Below, in pieces: positions 27,127 to 39,500 of a stretch of 64,000 nt of DNA. The notes beneath the pieces are model-generated. The model was not told where the DNA came from. It was given only the letters and a program-made list of their open reading frames with translations, and searched no databases. The position numbers and the translations under genes are program-made. Positions within the stretch are counted from its first letter, which is position 1. The number at the start of each line of letters is the position of its first letter. Origin of the DNA: Botryllus schlosseri (taxonomy: Eukaryota); NCBI GenBank assembly GCA_051294905.1, contig CM119378.1, forward strand, positions 10,106,001-10,170,000. Direction: 5' to 3'.

Positions 27127-27420
27127 GATTAGGACGAGAAAACATCGGGAAAGGTACCTCAACAAACCTCAATATTATCCGCTATTCATGGGTACTGCGA
27201 TATACAGTGGTACATAGCTTTATACTGCATGATTACTCTACAATGGCAAAGGATTACGTTAAATCATGGATTTTACTCTTCGGCAGCCTCCCAGCTTAGC
27301 AGAGATGAGCGGATTTGAAATTTCTATGTCCTAATCCAATCCAAATCGAGTTGAACATTGTGACGCAACGAACTGTCTGGCTATTTCTGAGCTGCATAGT
27401 CTCGTTTTGCCAGACAGTCT

Positions 27421-27879
27421 TGTTGCGTCAATGTTCTTAAACAAGCTAACCTTCCCAGGACTCTTCCATGCGAGTTGGTAATATTAAAGCCACTTGAAGT
27501 GACAAAAGTCCTCCGAAAATATATCGGTAGACTGAAGGAGAAATGATAGTCGGGCTACTAAATAGAATGTGTTGGGAGACAACACAGGAAACTCCTGGAA
27601 AAGGATCGGGAAGAAAATTCTTTCCGCGATTAGATCGATGGCACTGGCGAAGTGATCTGTTTTCAATGTGCATGGAAGGCGGTTCGGCCCTCCATAGATT
27701 TTGAAGCTCTGAAAACCTTTTGTGGATGATTGGCAACATTCTTTCCCTCAACGGCTACTGTTGAAGCCGATATTTCCCAGATTCGCTGGGCGAGAAATGA
27801 ATTTAGGAGAAACTTAGCGGACCTGAGTTTGGAAGCACTGTTACAGTGCAAACGATTCAAGTCTATTCAACAGCTGTAA
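27421..27879 (+). pseudogene. Decayed hAT-like transposase C-terminal fragment
   Basis: One frame reads LPRTLPCELV...QHRKLLE...FQCAWKAVRPSIDFEALKTFCG*LATFFPSTATVEADISQIRWARNEFRRNLADLSLEALLQCK with five internal stops. It resembles the hAT dimerisation region (P.T...VE..FS) and recalled FCGGLATVFPNTATVESDFS proteins. Confidence 0.6.
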
Positions 27880-28142
27880 CAACCAGCTGTTGAGCGTGTT
27901 TGTTAGGCTTTTCTTTATTATTTTTTTGCTTATTGGCACCGATTCCGATGGATACTGCACATTTTGTGGTTTCGTTTGATATTATTAACCTATGAAATCG
28001 TTAGGTTTTTTCTTCTTCTTATTGTTTGTTGGCACTGATTATACGTGAATGCTGCACATTTTGTGGTGTCTTTTGACAAACTAGCCCAAATAAAGCGTTT
28101 TTGTGACTAATTCGAGGCTGAAACTATCTATTTAGAGGACGA

Positions 28143-28208
28143 TGCCAAAACTGCCAAAAATAAAAATCAAAAAATGCCAAAAATAAGTTATTTTTGGCAG
28201 TTTTGGCA
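28143..28208. repeat. Perfect 21-bp inverted repeat with TGCCAAAAATAA repeats
   Basis: tgccaaaactgccaaaaataa (28143-28163) pairs with ttatttttggcagttttggca (28188-28208). Confidence 0.8.
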
Positions 28209-31200
28209 TATGCCAAAAATAACACGGCCTGGTGATCATTGTGTGTATCGTGTAGCCCGATAGGTGGAACACGCGATACATTACTGTTAGACTGCAAGTA
28301 TCGATCCAGTAGCACCTCCGTGAACTTCGTCCAGTAAGTATCAGTAAGGATCACCGATAGCCCACTAAACAACGTTTTAAACTTGGGACACCGATGGGAT
28401 CTTGAAAGTGCGCTGTGTTCTCTTGCTATATCCGCGCTAAAGTGCGATGGCTTTGCCCTTCGAACTCTGGCTCACTCATTGGCACAACCATTCTTCTTCT
28501 ACTTCGCAGACAATTTGATGTGTCGATTCGCTCGGCACCAGATGAAAAACACAAGCTGCCAAAGGACAAGATGGGTAATCCTAAGTAAATCCGTGCTCGA
28601 AATTTGTGTGATTGCAGAGGCTTAGTGCTAGGACGAATTCAGCAAACTTGGTCGCCAATGTGGCAATTTATCTTTGCTCAAGGTCTCCCAAGATTCAATA
28701 CCCGTCAATATACGACCGTTGGCCGATAGGAGCAGAAACGAATATAACTGTGTATATACTCTTTCTGTGAATAATTTGTGGTGTGGGATACTTCGGGAAC
28801 GATATGTAAATATCCAGCCTTCTTGGCCAGAACAATGATGTTCTTTCATAATTTCATATTTCGCTGATTGTATGCAATTATATAAGTAAACATTACACAA
28901 CTTATAGCATATATTGGTGTGATCAATGCACGAGGCATATTCCCATACTCTATTTGAATAGATTCATTTGTCACGTTTGTAATTTGAACATGTCACCGAC
29001 TACCTCCGTTGAAGCTTGGGCGCATGTCACCAAATCGAACAATGTTAATGACGACAATATGCGGTTTAGTGACAAAGTCATGTGACAGTGGTGAAATAAA
29101 CAGAGAATAATCGGAAAAGCGAACTTCAACTGAAAATATAGCATGATCGAACTAACAAATGATCAATTTTAAAAACCTATAAAAAGATGTATGAAAATAT
29201 TTTTGATCGTTCCTAATCGGCGTAATGCGTTCGGGGTAAATGACGCCAAATCAATCGGTGCCGGTAGGTAATCAGGGCTACGAATGGAAACATTGAATTT
29301 AACGTTGGCAGTTTCGCTCAGGTGCCTTTGAATTGATTACAGTATACGTACCACTAATACGACTATTACATCGGGTATAATATATACATTATATACAGTA
29401 CACACCCAAATGGTCATAATGACGAATTGCTTTTACGGTATCTCACAATACTTAAATCCTTCCTTTTTATTATAACCATACTTTCTGTACTGTAGCATAG
29501 CTCCCTTGGCTCTGCTGCGTACAAGTATGGCGTTCGCGAGAGATGACAGAACACGCACTCTGGTAAGGTGTTGCTTTACCATTTTCCAGTAATAGATATT
29601 GAATATAGTGATATCCGACAACAATAAGGTATCCACCAACTAAACCGGAAATACAGGACCAGTGAAAAGACCTTGCTCGAATTATTAGAAAATAATTATC
29701 GATCGCAGAATCTCGCTAGACAGTTGCCGCGATTAAAAGTAATTATGCGGTATACAAATCGAGTATTATCATACTTACATTCTTCACAGCGAAAGTTCAC
29801 GTATCAAAAACTACCAATGATTTTACAGGATGCGTGTATTGTTGCTACAAGCCAGGCTATTCAACGCTCGCAATTCAAGAGACATAATGAGGGCTCTCGA
29901 TATTTACGAAAATGACCTGGCTGAAGAGTCAAGTTTGCAGTTTCCCAGAACTATGGAAGGTAGTCAGGATATGCGCATTTCAATGGGTACCGCACCATAA
30001 ATACAATAATTTGTTACCATCACCGACGTACGATAACGATATCAAACTATTCTATATGTGCGGACTGACTATGTATAAAGTAGTATAGCTTCAATGCGAG
30101 GAAAGTAGGAAACGCCGTACAATGGGGCTGTGCCTGAAACAATGACTGGATTGATGTCTAAGTGCGTGTAATTGAACTTAAAAAGGTTGAAATCGTTTCC
30201 TGACCTATGAAGGATACGCCATTGAAATGTATCTTTATTGTGAACCAGATAGCTCCTCTATGGTAGAACGAAACAGACATTGAGCAGGTCACTTCTCGTT
30301 TGAAAGCAGCACAGTTCTCAGTTAGTCACAGATACCATCAATAAGTTGCAGTTATCTTGGAATTGCTGGGCTTTGATTTTATCGTAGTTTCGTACCCGCA
30401 GCTCAGGTCTCTTTCACAGTGTATTGTGTACATTGTCGGATTAAGCAAGGCCGACAGTAATGAAACTCGCGTCACATCAAAAAACATTTATCGAATTATC
30501 AGCCCAACGCACCTTCAGGTATTTATCGCAACTCGGTATTTTGTGGCCTGGTGGCCAGGTCAGCGCTGGGAACGGTTTTTAATGAAGTCAACGTCGTGTT
30601 AATTTTCATTGTTACGATCGAGTTATTTCAAGGTTTGGTCGCTTCACTGAAACGCAACACGGTCTTTTCGAATTACGCGTCAGTGAAACTAAACGAAATC
30701 CAATCTTCTTGACCACTTCGACTAAGGCAATCGATTGGTATAATTGAGAATTACAATGTAGCATGTAATCATCGGATTGTGTTCAGAAATGATATGAGAT
30801 CTGCTATGTTGGTTACATGATTAGGCCTACTCTACATTTGCAGAGAGTATGTAACGCTGCATCAGCAGCATAGCCGAGGCCGCAAAGATTTCTTTCGAGC
30901 AAATCGTATCATTGTTTATTCCGAAAATTATGCCAATTGATATGGCGTGTTTATCACTGTAGCAGTAAGAATCATTACGAAGCTGAACTGCACGACGCCA
31001 TCGATTTTATCATCTACTTCAAGTTGTCAGATTGTCTCGATTCAACTAGTTTTATTCTCTTCATAAATGATCTCTTAGCCGCGCACCACCAGTTCAAATA
31101 CCCCAAAACAAGGAATGACGCGCGAACCTGCTATTTTTGTAAGAGGTATCAGCCCGAGCGGATAATCGTTTGGACCGAGGATTTCCTGTTTTCCAGCGAT

Positions 31201-31504
31201 TTCCACACCCACAACGAATCTTAACCTTTATCGCTTCTTCTCATATTTTGCGACAGTACTGAGCAGTGCGTTTATTACAAGCTTATACTTTTCTATAAAC
31301 TAGAATAGCTGTACCGCAGCTCATGCGTTGCGAACTTACTTCTTGAAATAGTAAAAATCGTCCAAAAAGGAAATTTCATGTGGAGAAAGAATACCCTATA
31401 TGCATCGGGCATAGTCAACCAGTAGGTTGATACGTACTGGATGTTTGTATAGACATATATTCTTTCGGGCGGAACTGTGCCAGATGAAAATTAAGAAGCA
31501 AGTC

Positions 31505-31620
31505 ATGGAGGAAAGTACGTACATGTCATTTGACAATGTAGACATCGATTCAATCGCATTGCCAAGAGTTACGTCATCAAGAACCCCATCGGACATCGAG
31601 GGCTGGAACAAAAACGGTAC
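31505..31620 (+). CDS. Possible alternative first coding exon of the RADIL-like gene
   Basis: MEESTYMSFDNVDIDSIALPRVTSSRTPSDIEGWNKNG ends at a phase-2 donor (ac|gtgaga), compatible with the phase-2 acceptor at 44773/44774; no homology support. Confidence 0.2.
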
Positions 31621-34600
31621 GTGAGATCCGGTAACGCCCTATTATTTCATGCAATTGGATTGAATATACTGTGCGGCATGTATGCTTATGCTTATCAATA
31701 ATTACACAATTACACAATACTTATCACAATATCACATATGTCAAAACGTGGAGATCATATCAGGTTTTGGAATAAATTCGGTCAAAAATAGCGTTGTGCA
31801 GTGTCAGTATATGCATATTTTTTGACTTCAGTGTTATGCCCCCCTCTCCTCGCCCCAATACAAGAATATAAGCTATAAATTCCTTTTCACGGGCCTTACA
31901 CCATTTAAAGTTGTCGCTTTTTTGCGGGCACCACGTTTTTATTCTGCGGACCGCAAGCACTAAAAAAAACTCTTTTGGCTGTATTTCCGGGGTGACTGTC
32001 AAAACGCGATCTCCAATTTATAACAAAACGGTATTGTTAAGCCTATGTTTAGCGACTGACCGACATTCATGCCGATATATTTTGGTGTCCGAGATAAAAA
32101 ACGACACGTTTGAGTTTGAGCCCAGCGTAGATTTTCACGCTTCGATGGAATTAGCAGTCAAAATGACATTAATGATGAGAGGCAGCGATAACAATGCTAT
32201 TCTGGAATCACGCAAATCGCGGACGTCATTTTATAATATCGGTCGGTATCGCGAGATTACCTGTCTGTAACTAGTACCGTTACTTGTTGTGATTCATCTA
32301 CATTTTAAATCCGGTTAAAGATGGAATCGCAGAAAGTATAACGGATTTCGCTGGCACGTGAACGATGTAACGTAAAATAATCGTGTGCTATATTTTGTTA
32401 TCTTATCGTCATGTTGCGAGTCGCACGTGGAGTTTTCACGCGGACACGCTGTTCCTAATTTTTATTTTCGAGCATTATGAATAAACGCGGAGATTATCAA
32501 GTTCGCAATTTTCTCCTTCTTGTGAGTAACATAAACACTCTCGAATGATTCGCATTCGGTATCGTTGTTGAGATACGCGACATTTCCATCGCGTTAGGTA
32601 ATGGGCTTTGTTATTCGGTAAAGGAGATTCACATCAACATGAGTGCCATTGTCAATGTAGCAGCCGATTTAAAATTGTCGCGTTTAGTATCATATATTGA
32701 TCTCTCGCGCTCGGACGCATCTGGACAATTATCGAAAGGAGTTATGTTCGGTGAGTACTCGTCATTTCTGTGCGTATAGCCGTACCGACGGAGTTAATCT
32801 CATTACGATGATTTTGAAAAGATCGCATGCGTTTCGAACGAATGCCAGAGTGCAGCGTTCTTTAGTTGGAATGGCGCTGTCGCTGTGTTTCTCTGTGCTT
32901 GTCGCAATAACACCGCGTAGCATTCGTGCTTGATATTGAAACGGTTCAGTTAAGTTGAAAGTACCAATCGTTTCGCCTAAACCTGGCTTTACAGAATGAT
33001 AAGATTGCCCGTCCTTATCTCCTATTATTACTTGGGTTACTGAACAGTCCGTAAAGCGATACCGTTAAAATCGCTGCCGTGCGTAACCAGTGTTTTATAA
33101 AGACTCTCAGTACAGTGTCGCGGTAGGAAGTTTCTCAAATGCTTGTTGAGTTGTGGGTGAAGGTCAGCAAGACATTATGGTGTAGTTCGCTGTGTATCTA
33201 GGTGAAGTTTTACGTACAGAGCAGAAAGTATTCCGAATGTTCAAGATTGGTTGAAGATGTATGTAAATGTATGTTTTTAAATATGAAGGTGATGTTTGCA
33301 AATGTTGACTATTTCCGATTCGCTATGTCGTAACGTAAAGACTATACTATCTCAGTGTGATGATAATAATCGCTTACGAATGTAACATTAGATATGTTTC
33401 TATGTTTCTATACGTAATGCCCTCAGCGGAAGATTTAAGCAACCTCAATTCTGACTGATTCAGACAGACTTGCGCGCACATTCGCAGTCTAACAGGGATG
33501 TTAATTTGTGTGAGTGACTGTATGGTCGGTAAATTTGTATATGGATTAGGGATAGTTATGCTGAATTGTCGCATGCTCAAATGTTCAATCGTAATAATCC
33601 CCATTGCATTTCCGTTTCTAGTGGCAATTTTCAGCGATCCAAATTCGAAATATTATTTAGGTCTTTCAATGTCACCACCCATTTTCCGAAACTATGCCCG
33701 AATCATTTGCCCAAAGTAACTATTTTGATTGAGGAGTGTCAGCTGGAACATATCATTTTACAAATAATAGTTCTATGAACTTATTATGCAACGTCAAGTT
33801 CGTGTGCAAAATAATTCTTGCAGTTATTTCTCACCGTTCCCAAATCCAAGTCTTATCCATTCCAGAATCGGATTCCAAGATCCGTAACATTTGTGAAAGT
33901 TTAAATCCTGCTTGAATTTCGCAAAGAGCGCACCGCATAACCGCACAATGCTTTGACCTTTCTCTGCGATATACAAGTGTGTGACCTTAATTCAATTTCC
34001 CTGTGAGTTGCGTCCAACCCAGAATACTTCCATGGGCCGCGGGGGAAATGTATGAAAACCGGTGGTTTATGGTCAATGCATTGCCGAGTGGGCAAACGCG
34101 GTTAGATCTCCCTCTCTCCCTTACGCACATACACACGGAGGTCGTAGCTTGTCAACTAAATCAACCAAATAATAAATCCACGTCATACGATGCGTCACCT
34201 TTAATCTGATCCTGTTTCATTATGAATGCCGCCAAGTTGCCGAGATTTTTATTCAATTCATCGATTAAAAATCGCTTAAAACAATAACAGTGTTTATCAT
34301 GTTATTGTTAGCGCGGTGTTACAAGTCGTGACACTCGACCTCAGTAAGACAAGTTCGGCTTGAATCATCCGCATCGCATTTCCGAACGCCTGGAAATTGA
34401 TAGTACATAGAAATTAGGATTATATGGAGACGATTAAGCATGGTCTTGGTAGCAGTGGATGATAGTGATAAGTAACATTGTACCGCGATTCAATCAACCT
34501 GCATCCTACGCGTGAAAGGACCAGATGCACTCATGATCACATGTTTCGGTCCCCCGCTAATCCCCATGTCCATAATATGCGATAACACTGATCATAACGA

Positions 34601-36034
34601 ATAGAGTACTGCAGAATTAACCAGCAGCCCTCAAAAACCGGTTCGGAAACCGCGGTCTGCATTTCCCATTCGTTAATATCTCCGAGGCTCTTTTTGAATA
34701 TTAAGCACGTTTCTCGACTATTATCTTTTGCGGTGTTACTTTTCCTGACGAGTGTGCCATTACGCCGGCAATATCCCACGAAAATGACGTCATGACATCG
34801 TAGTAAAGTGTAATGTCTGTAATAGCACGGTAATAAATGGCAATCATCATCAGAGTTCTCGCTGTCAGGCGACGTTAATCGATATCTGGTGTTCAGTTTA
34901 GAGGCGTAGAGCTAAATATAAAATATCGACGAGGATGTTTTGACAGTCCTTATGATCTTAAGATATCGTATTTGATCTCTGTACGGAGTCTGAATTGAAT
35001 GCGCTATACGGTGGGTCGGCGGCCTTGATTGAAATAAAAATAACAGTGACTGATGGGTTATAGGTGGAAGGCCTACTGAAACTGAACTATGAATGTCACG
35101 GTTGCTCCCATTCTTAAAATATTTCGGTAGTGATCGCCTTAATCAGATAGTAGCCTATACGTGTGTACGTGAAATTACTATTGTTTTGAAATGTACACAT
35201 ATTCCTGCCTATATCATGCTCCGGTGACTCTATATGGAATGACCGTATCAACGATAATGCGGTATGATATTGGTTGTTGTGTAGGGCACTTGCAGCATCA
35301 GTAACGAAGTAACACTATAGATTTTATACAAATATAGGTCTGCTTAAAATTTGACAGTCTGAACTATATATGTCGTTGATGACTATAGCTTTTATATATG
35401 AATACTGCAGTATAGTGTATAGACAATTATGTATACCCTGAAAGTTGAATGTGAAGGGGATACTACTAAAGAGATAATCGTGACGGAAAAGTAGTAGCAA
35501 CTTAACGATGACGAAACGATTTTCTGCGCTCACACACATACCAATTATTGTGACAATGACTTAAACCACATAATGTACCGCGACCCCAGATATCATTATT
35601 GTAACTGTTCGGGTCTAACGCGGTATTATGATTGAAGATAAATTACGTCTGTAATGCTCTCTGCAGTTTGTTCCACCACATCAATATATAGTGCTTATAG
35701 TACTATTACACATCGCACATGTACATATGAAACATATGATGGGATATAGATCTGCGTGTCTTCTAAACCTATGTGCCTAGCAGGCATAGGATTAAGAAAC
35801 ATACTAAGCTCTGAGTTTGCCATGTTCCGGCTATAAACTGAGGTCGATAAAAAAGAAGCATGCAGTGGTATTTGATAGGATAAAGCAGGCAAGATAATTG
35901 TTCACGTAACAAGCGGTCGAGTAAGTTCCTCATCATCCACCAGCGATATAACTGTTTGTCTGCACTGTGTTTCATCATCCCATCCCCGGTGACCATTTCC
36001 TAGCCATATAGATGTATGGATGGTTGGATGTGTT

Positions 36035-36596
36035 TACGGTTGCATTTAAAATAAAATTCAATTTAAAACAAGGTGCTTGTTAAAAAATGTATTTTTTTAG
36101 TACTTTTTGTGTGTCTTTTTTAGCCATGATATCACGAATATTTAATTGTGAAGTCACAGTGGATTGGCATTGACAATTGAAAATATAGGACAAATATGGC
36201 TCTTTCGACGAAAAGGGCTTCCGACCACTGTCATAAACAGATCAAAAATATATTTAACCAGGACTGCACCGTTATGCATGCATTTTTACGGTCGGCGGTA
36301 ATCATCATCAGAACACCTATTCCGTACCAACGACCTATATGTACAACATGCTAAAACTGTTGAACCGACTACGATTTCGAGGGTTCCAGCCTCCCCACAT
36401 CGTATACGTCGACTATTACGAGTGCAAATCGTCCGTAGGTCCATACTACATGGTTTTCGAGCGTGTTTTACACAATTACGGCATAATTAGACAACGTTTA
36501 AAAAAAACACTATTTTTTTAAAGGTTGTTGTTTAAAACATGTTTTAAACAAAAAACAAAGCGTTTTAAAACATCGTTTGTTTTAAAACCGACCCTA
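36035..36596. mobile_element. hAT MITE family B
   Basis: Ends TA(C)GGTTGCATTTAAAA / TTTTAAAACCGACCCTA; TSD GATGTGTT (36027-36034, 36597-36604); internal aactgttgaaccgactac block shared with other family B copies. Confidence 0.88.
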
Positions 36597-39500
36597 GATG
36601 TGTTAATCTACTCGTGCTGTAAATAGTAGGCAAGGAAAGGCCTGGTGGTGAGAAAAACCGCCATAGCCGTATGCAAACTGTACGACTCCAGCAATTTGTG
36701 GCTTACAACTCACCATTTCTGCAAATGAACGGTCTATCAACATTACGCAAATGCCGAAAGTAAACGAACTGTAGAATGGATATGTATTTGCTCTCATCAA
36801 AATCAATTGTACGGTATTTTGCCGATGAAATATGTGACAAAACATACGTCGTAACGGTCAGACATACGATTTACAATGCAAAATAAATATTTGTTCGCCT
36901 GCCTGGATTTTAAAGCAAATGCATGACATTAATGAAGCGAGGCTTTGCACAGGTAGCGCATATACGGATGTAAGAACTATACGAACTTGTTGACTACCAG
37001 AATCAAATTTGACCTCGCGTAGCTTGGATTATACGCAGAGTCCGCACAGTGGGAGTTATGTATTCTGTAATTCACAAAGTTACCAACCAGTGGTGCCGCG
37101 AATAAGGAAACAGATAACACTAAGGAATAATGGTATAGATGTCACGCTTCATTAGCTACATCATTTTTCAGTTATTTGAGCATTGTATTTTGTGATCATG
37201 TCCGGAATCGTGCCTAGTTGCGACTGGAAATTCAAAATTAGTGAGTTATTTTCGTGTCAACGACGTAAACATCGTACTTGAAGATGTGTCATACAAGACT
37301 CATGGCAGTGAAATTCTTATCGCGAATAGCTTTGCTTCACAAAAGCAAATCATGTTGTCGTGACTCTGTTATTGTTAATCGGCCATTGAATGGCGGGGGC
37401 TAATATGATTCTAGGTGATTGATCGATGCACCCATTAAGAGTTATAGGAATGCGAATTCTCTAATTGGTATACTGAATTTGCGACATCATGATGCAAATC
37501 AGATGGATATTCATTGCAATCGATTTTGTGTTATTAGCTAGTATCAATGACGGAATTTTGATTGCCGTTGTTGTGCCCCAGTTGGTCCTGAATAACAACC
37601 GAATGATACATGATACCGATTGGATTACAAGGAATGGTAGGCTGCTCGCCTCTCGCCGTTGTTATTTGCAGTAGAAAATAGAAATATTTGCAATGAAAGT
37701 CTGTTTATTTGAACGATGGAATCAGTATAGATGCACCAAAAACTAGCATCAAAGATGTGTTAAATGGTATTGTACAAAAGATAACAACATCTACATAAAC
37801 ACTGCAACGCTTTGGGTATGTTGATTGTAAAATATTACGTTGGTGTCGTCATGTGGCGTATGCTTAGTCGTGCGGCTAGCGCATGAATGTCAGTTCATGG
37901 TTACATGTTGGTATTGCCTTTTGATACATATAAGGTGAGTTCGTTCATCGATAAACGGCGGGATGATATCCCATGTGAATGTAGTGACAATAACCATAAT
38001 TTGTTCACTTGAAACAGTTCAGACGAAATTAGTTTTAGCGTCTTCCAATAAATTATGCTGCCATGATAATTTACAAAGGTCAAGAACGGGTCAAATTTAA
38101 ATATGATTGTATTACGGTTCGTTCCGGGACTATGAATAACCTGCATTGCCAGTGTCTCTATTGAATGACAAAAGAGGGATCGTCTCCATTAGTATACAAT
38201 TGAAAATAAATTTTTTCTTGTCGTCATGTCATATCTAAGACAAAGGACGTGCCTGTTCCATAAGCGTGTGGTGGGTTATCACCGCTTCTACGGCATTTTG
38301 AGCGACATGGAATATGGAAACTCTCAGTACCAATTATTATCGAAACTGTGCTGCTGTATACATAGTAAATGCGACCTACAGGTGGAATGCTGGCAATCAT
38401 TGCAAATCCTTGTACTGACGCAAATGCAAGACAAGACTTAATCAGTTAATGCCATTACGAGATTAATACAAAGGAACGGAATGCAGGTTTTCTGCGACGC
38501 GACTTTGAGGCGTAAGTAGTTTCTGTTCAGCTCATTCGTTTGACACACACGTGATGGCAAACCGATGTTTGTCGGACGTTGGCTGTCTTCGTTTCCGTGA
38601 CGAACAGCGACTGTCCAGTCCATGTCCAATGATAGATTTTAACCATTGTCTCTGCCTGCGATACTGAATTCTCTTTCCTACGACGGCCCTTGTTCAAATA
38701 TCTTAACGGCCTCGCACTTGTCAACACCCCTTTTCATGGTACGGATTCCACAGCATCTAGAATGTAGGTAGTTTTTCAGTGTAGTGGAAAGATTCTCACA
38801 CCTTGCCCTTGGACCAAATATTCATACGAACACGCGCCAAAATTTACCTGGCGATAGAAGGCTTTCGGACATACTGCTCCACTGCATACATATCAGTATA
38901 AATATATATCAGAGGTTTAACTATATAGCGATGCCGTTGCCTACGATACTTATATCGTAGGCCTAGGCGATACCTAAGTATCACGGCAGATATTGAAAAT
39001 CAGGTAGATCAGTTGGATATTCCGTGCAGATTAGCAAGTTCGACTATATGTTTGAAATACGATATTTCATCGAGGGTAGGAATGATTCAGCGACACCGTT
39101 AGTATAATATGATATCAACGAATTTCCGATGAAATGAATTGTAGTTTATTCAAATTCGCATGTTGACCAGGGACTTGTTCCTTGTACATATGCACGGGCA
39201 TCGCGTGTCATTGCTGGTATTAATTCAGAATTTATTGTACAGCGACAAAACTTTCTCATTAGCATCAAGTATTTTATATTCTAAGCCCGTATCGCGCACA
39301 GCAGCTCCAGATAACTCCACATTTTTGTGGTGTGTGTGTCGTCACCTTTACGTCATATAGGTAAGATTTTGAGTGGATATTGTCATATTTTCGAGATTGT
39401 GTCGACCCGGCACAAATACACGAATTTGAGAGCAAATGGCGCCTCGGATACCGATATTTTCATTACGAACACATCTCGAGGTAGAGAATCCAGGCTGCGA

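Noticed and set aside
31051-31074. FILFINDL peptide resembling a LINE reverse-transcriptase motif
   Set aside because: No downstream FADD/YADD or other RT motifs found; 8 residues are too few.
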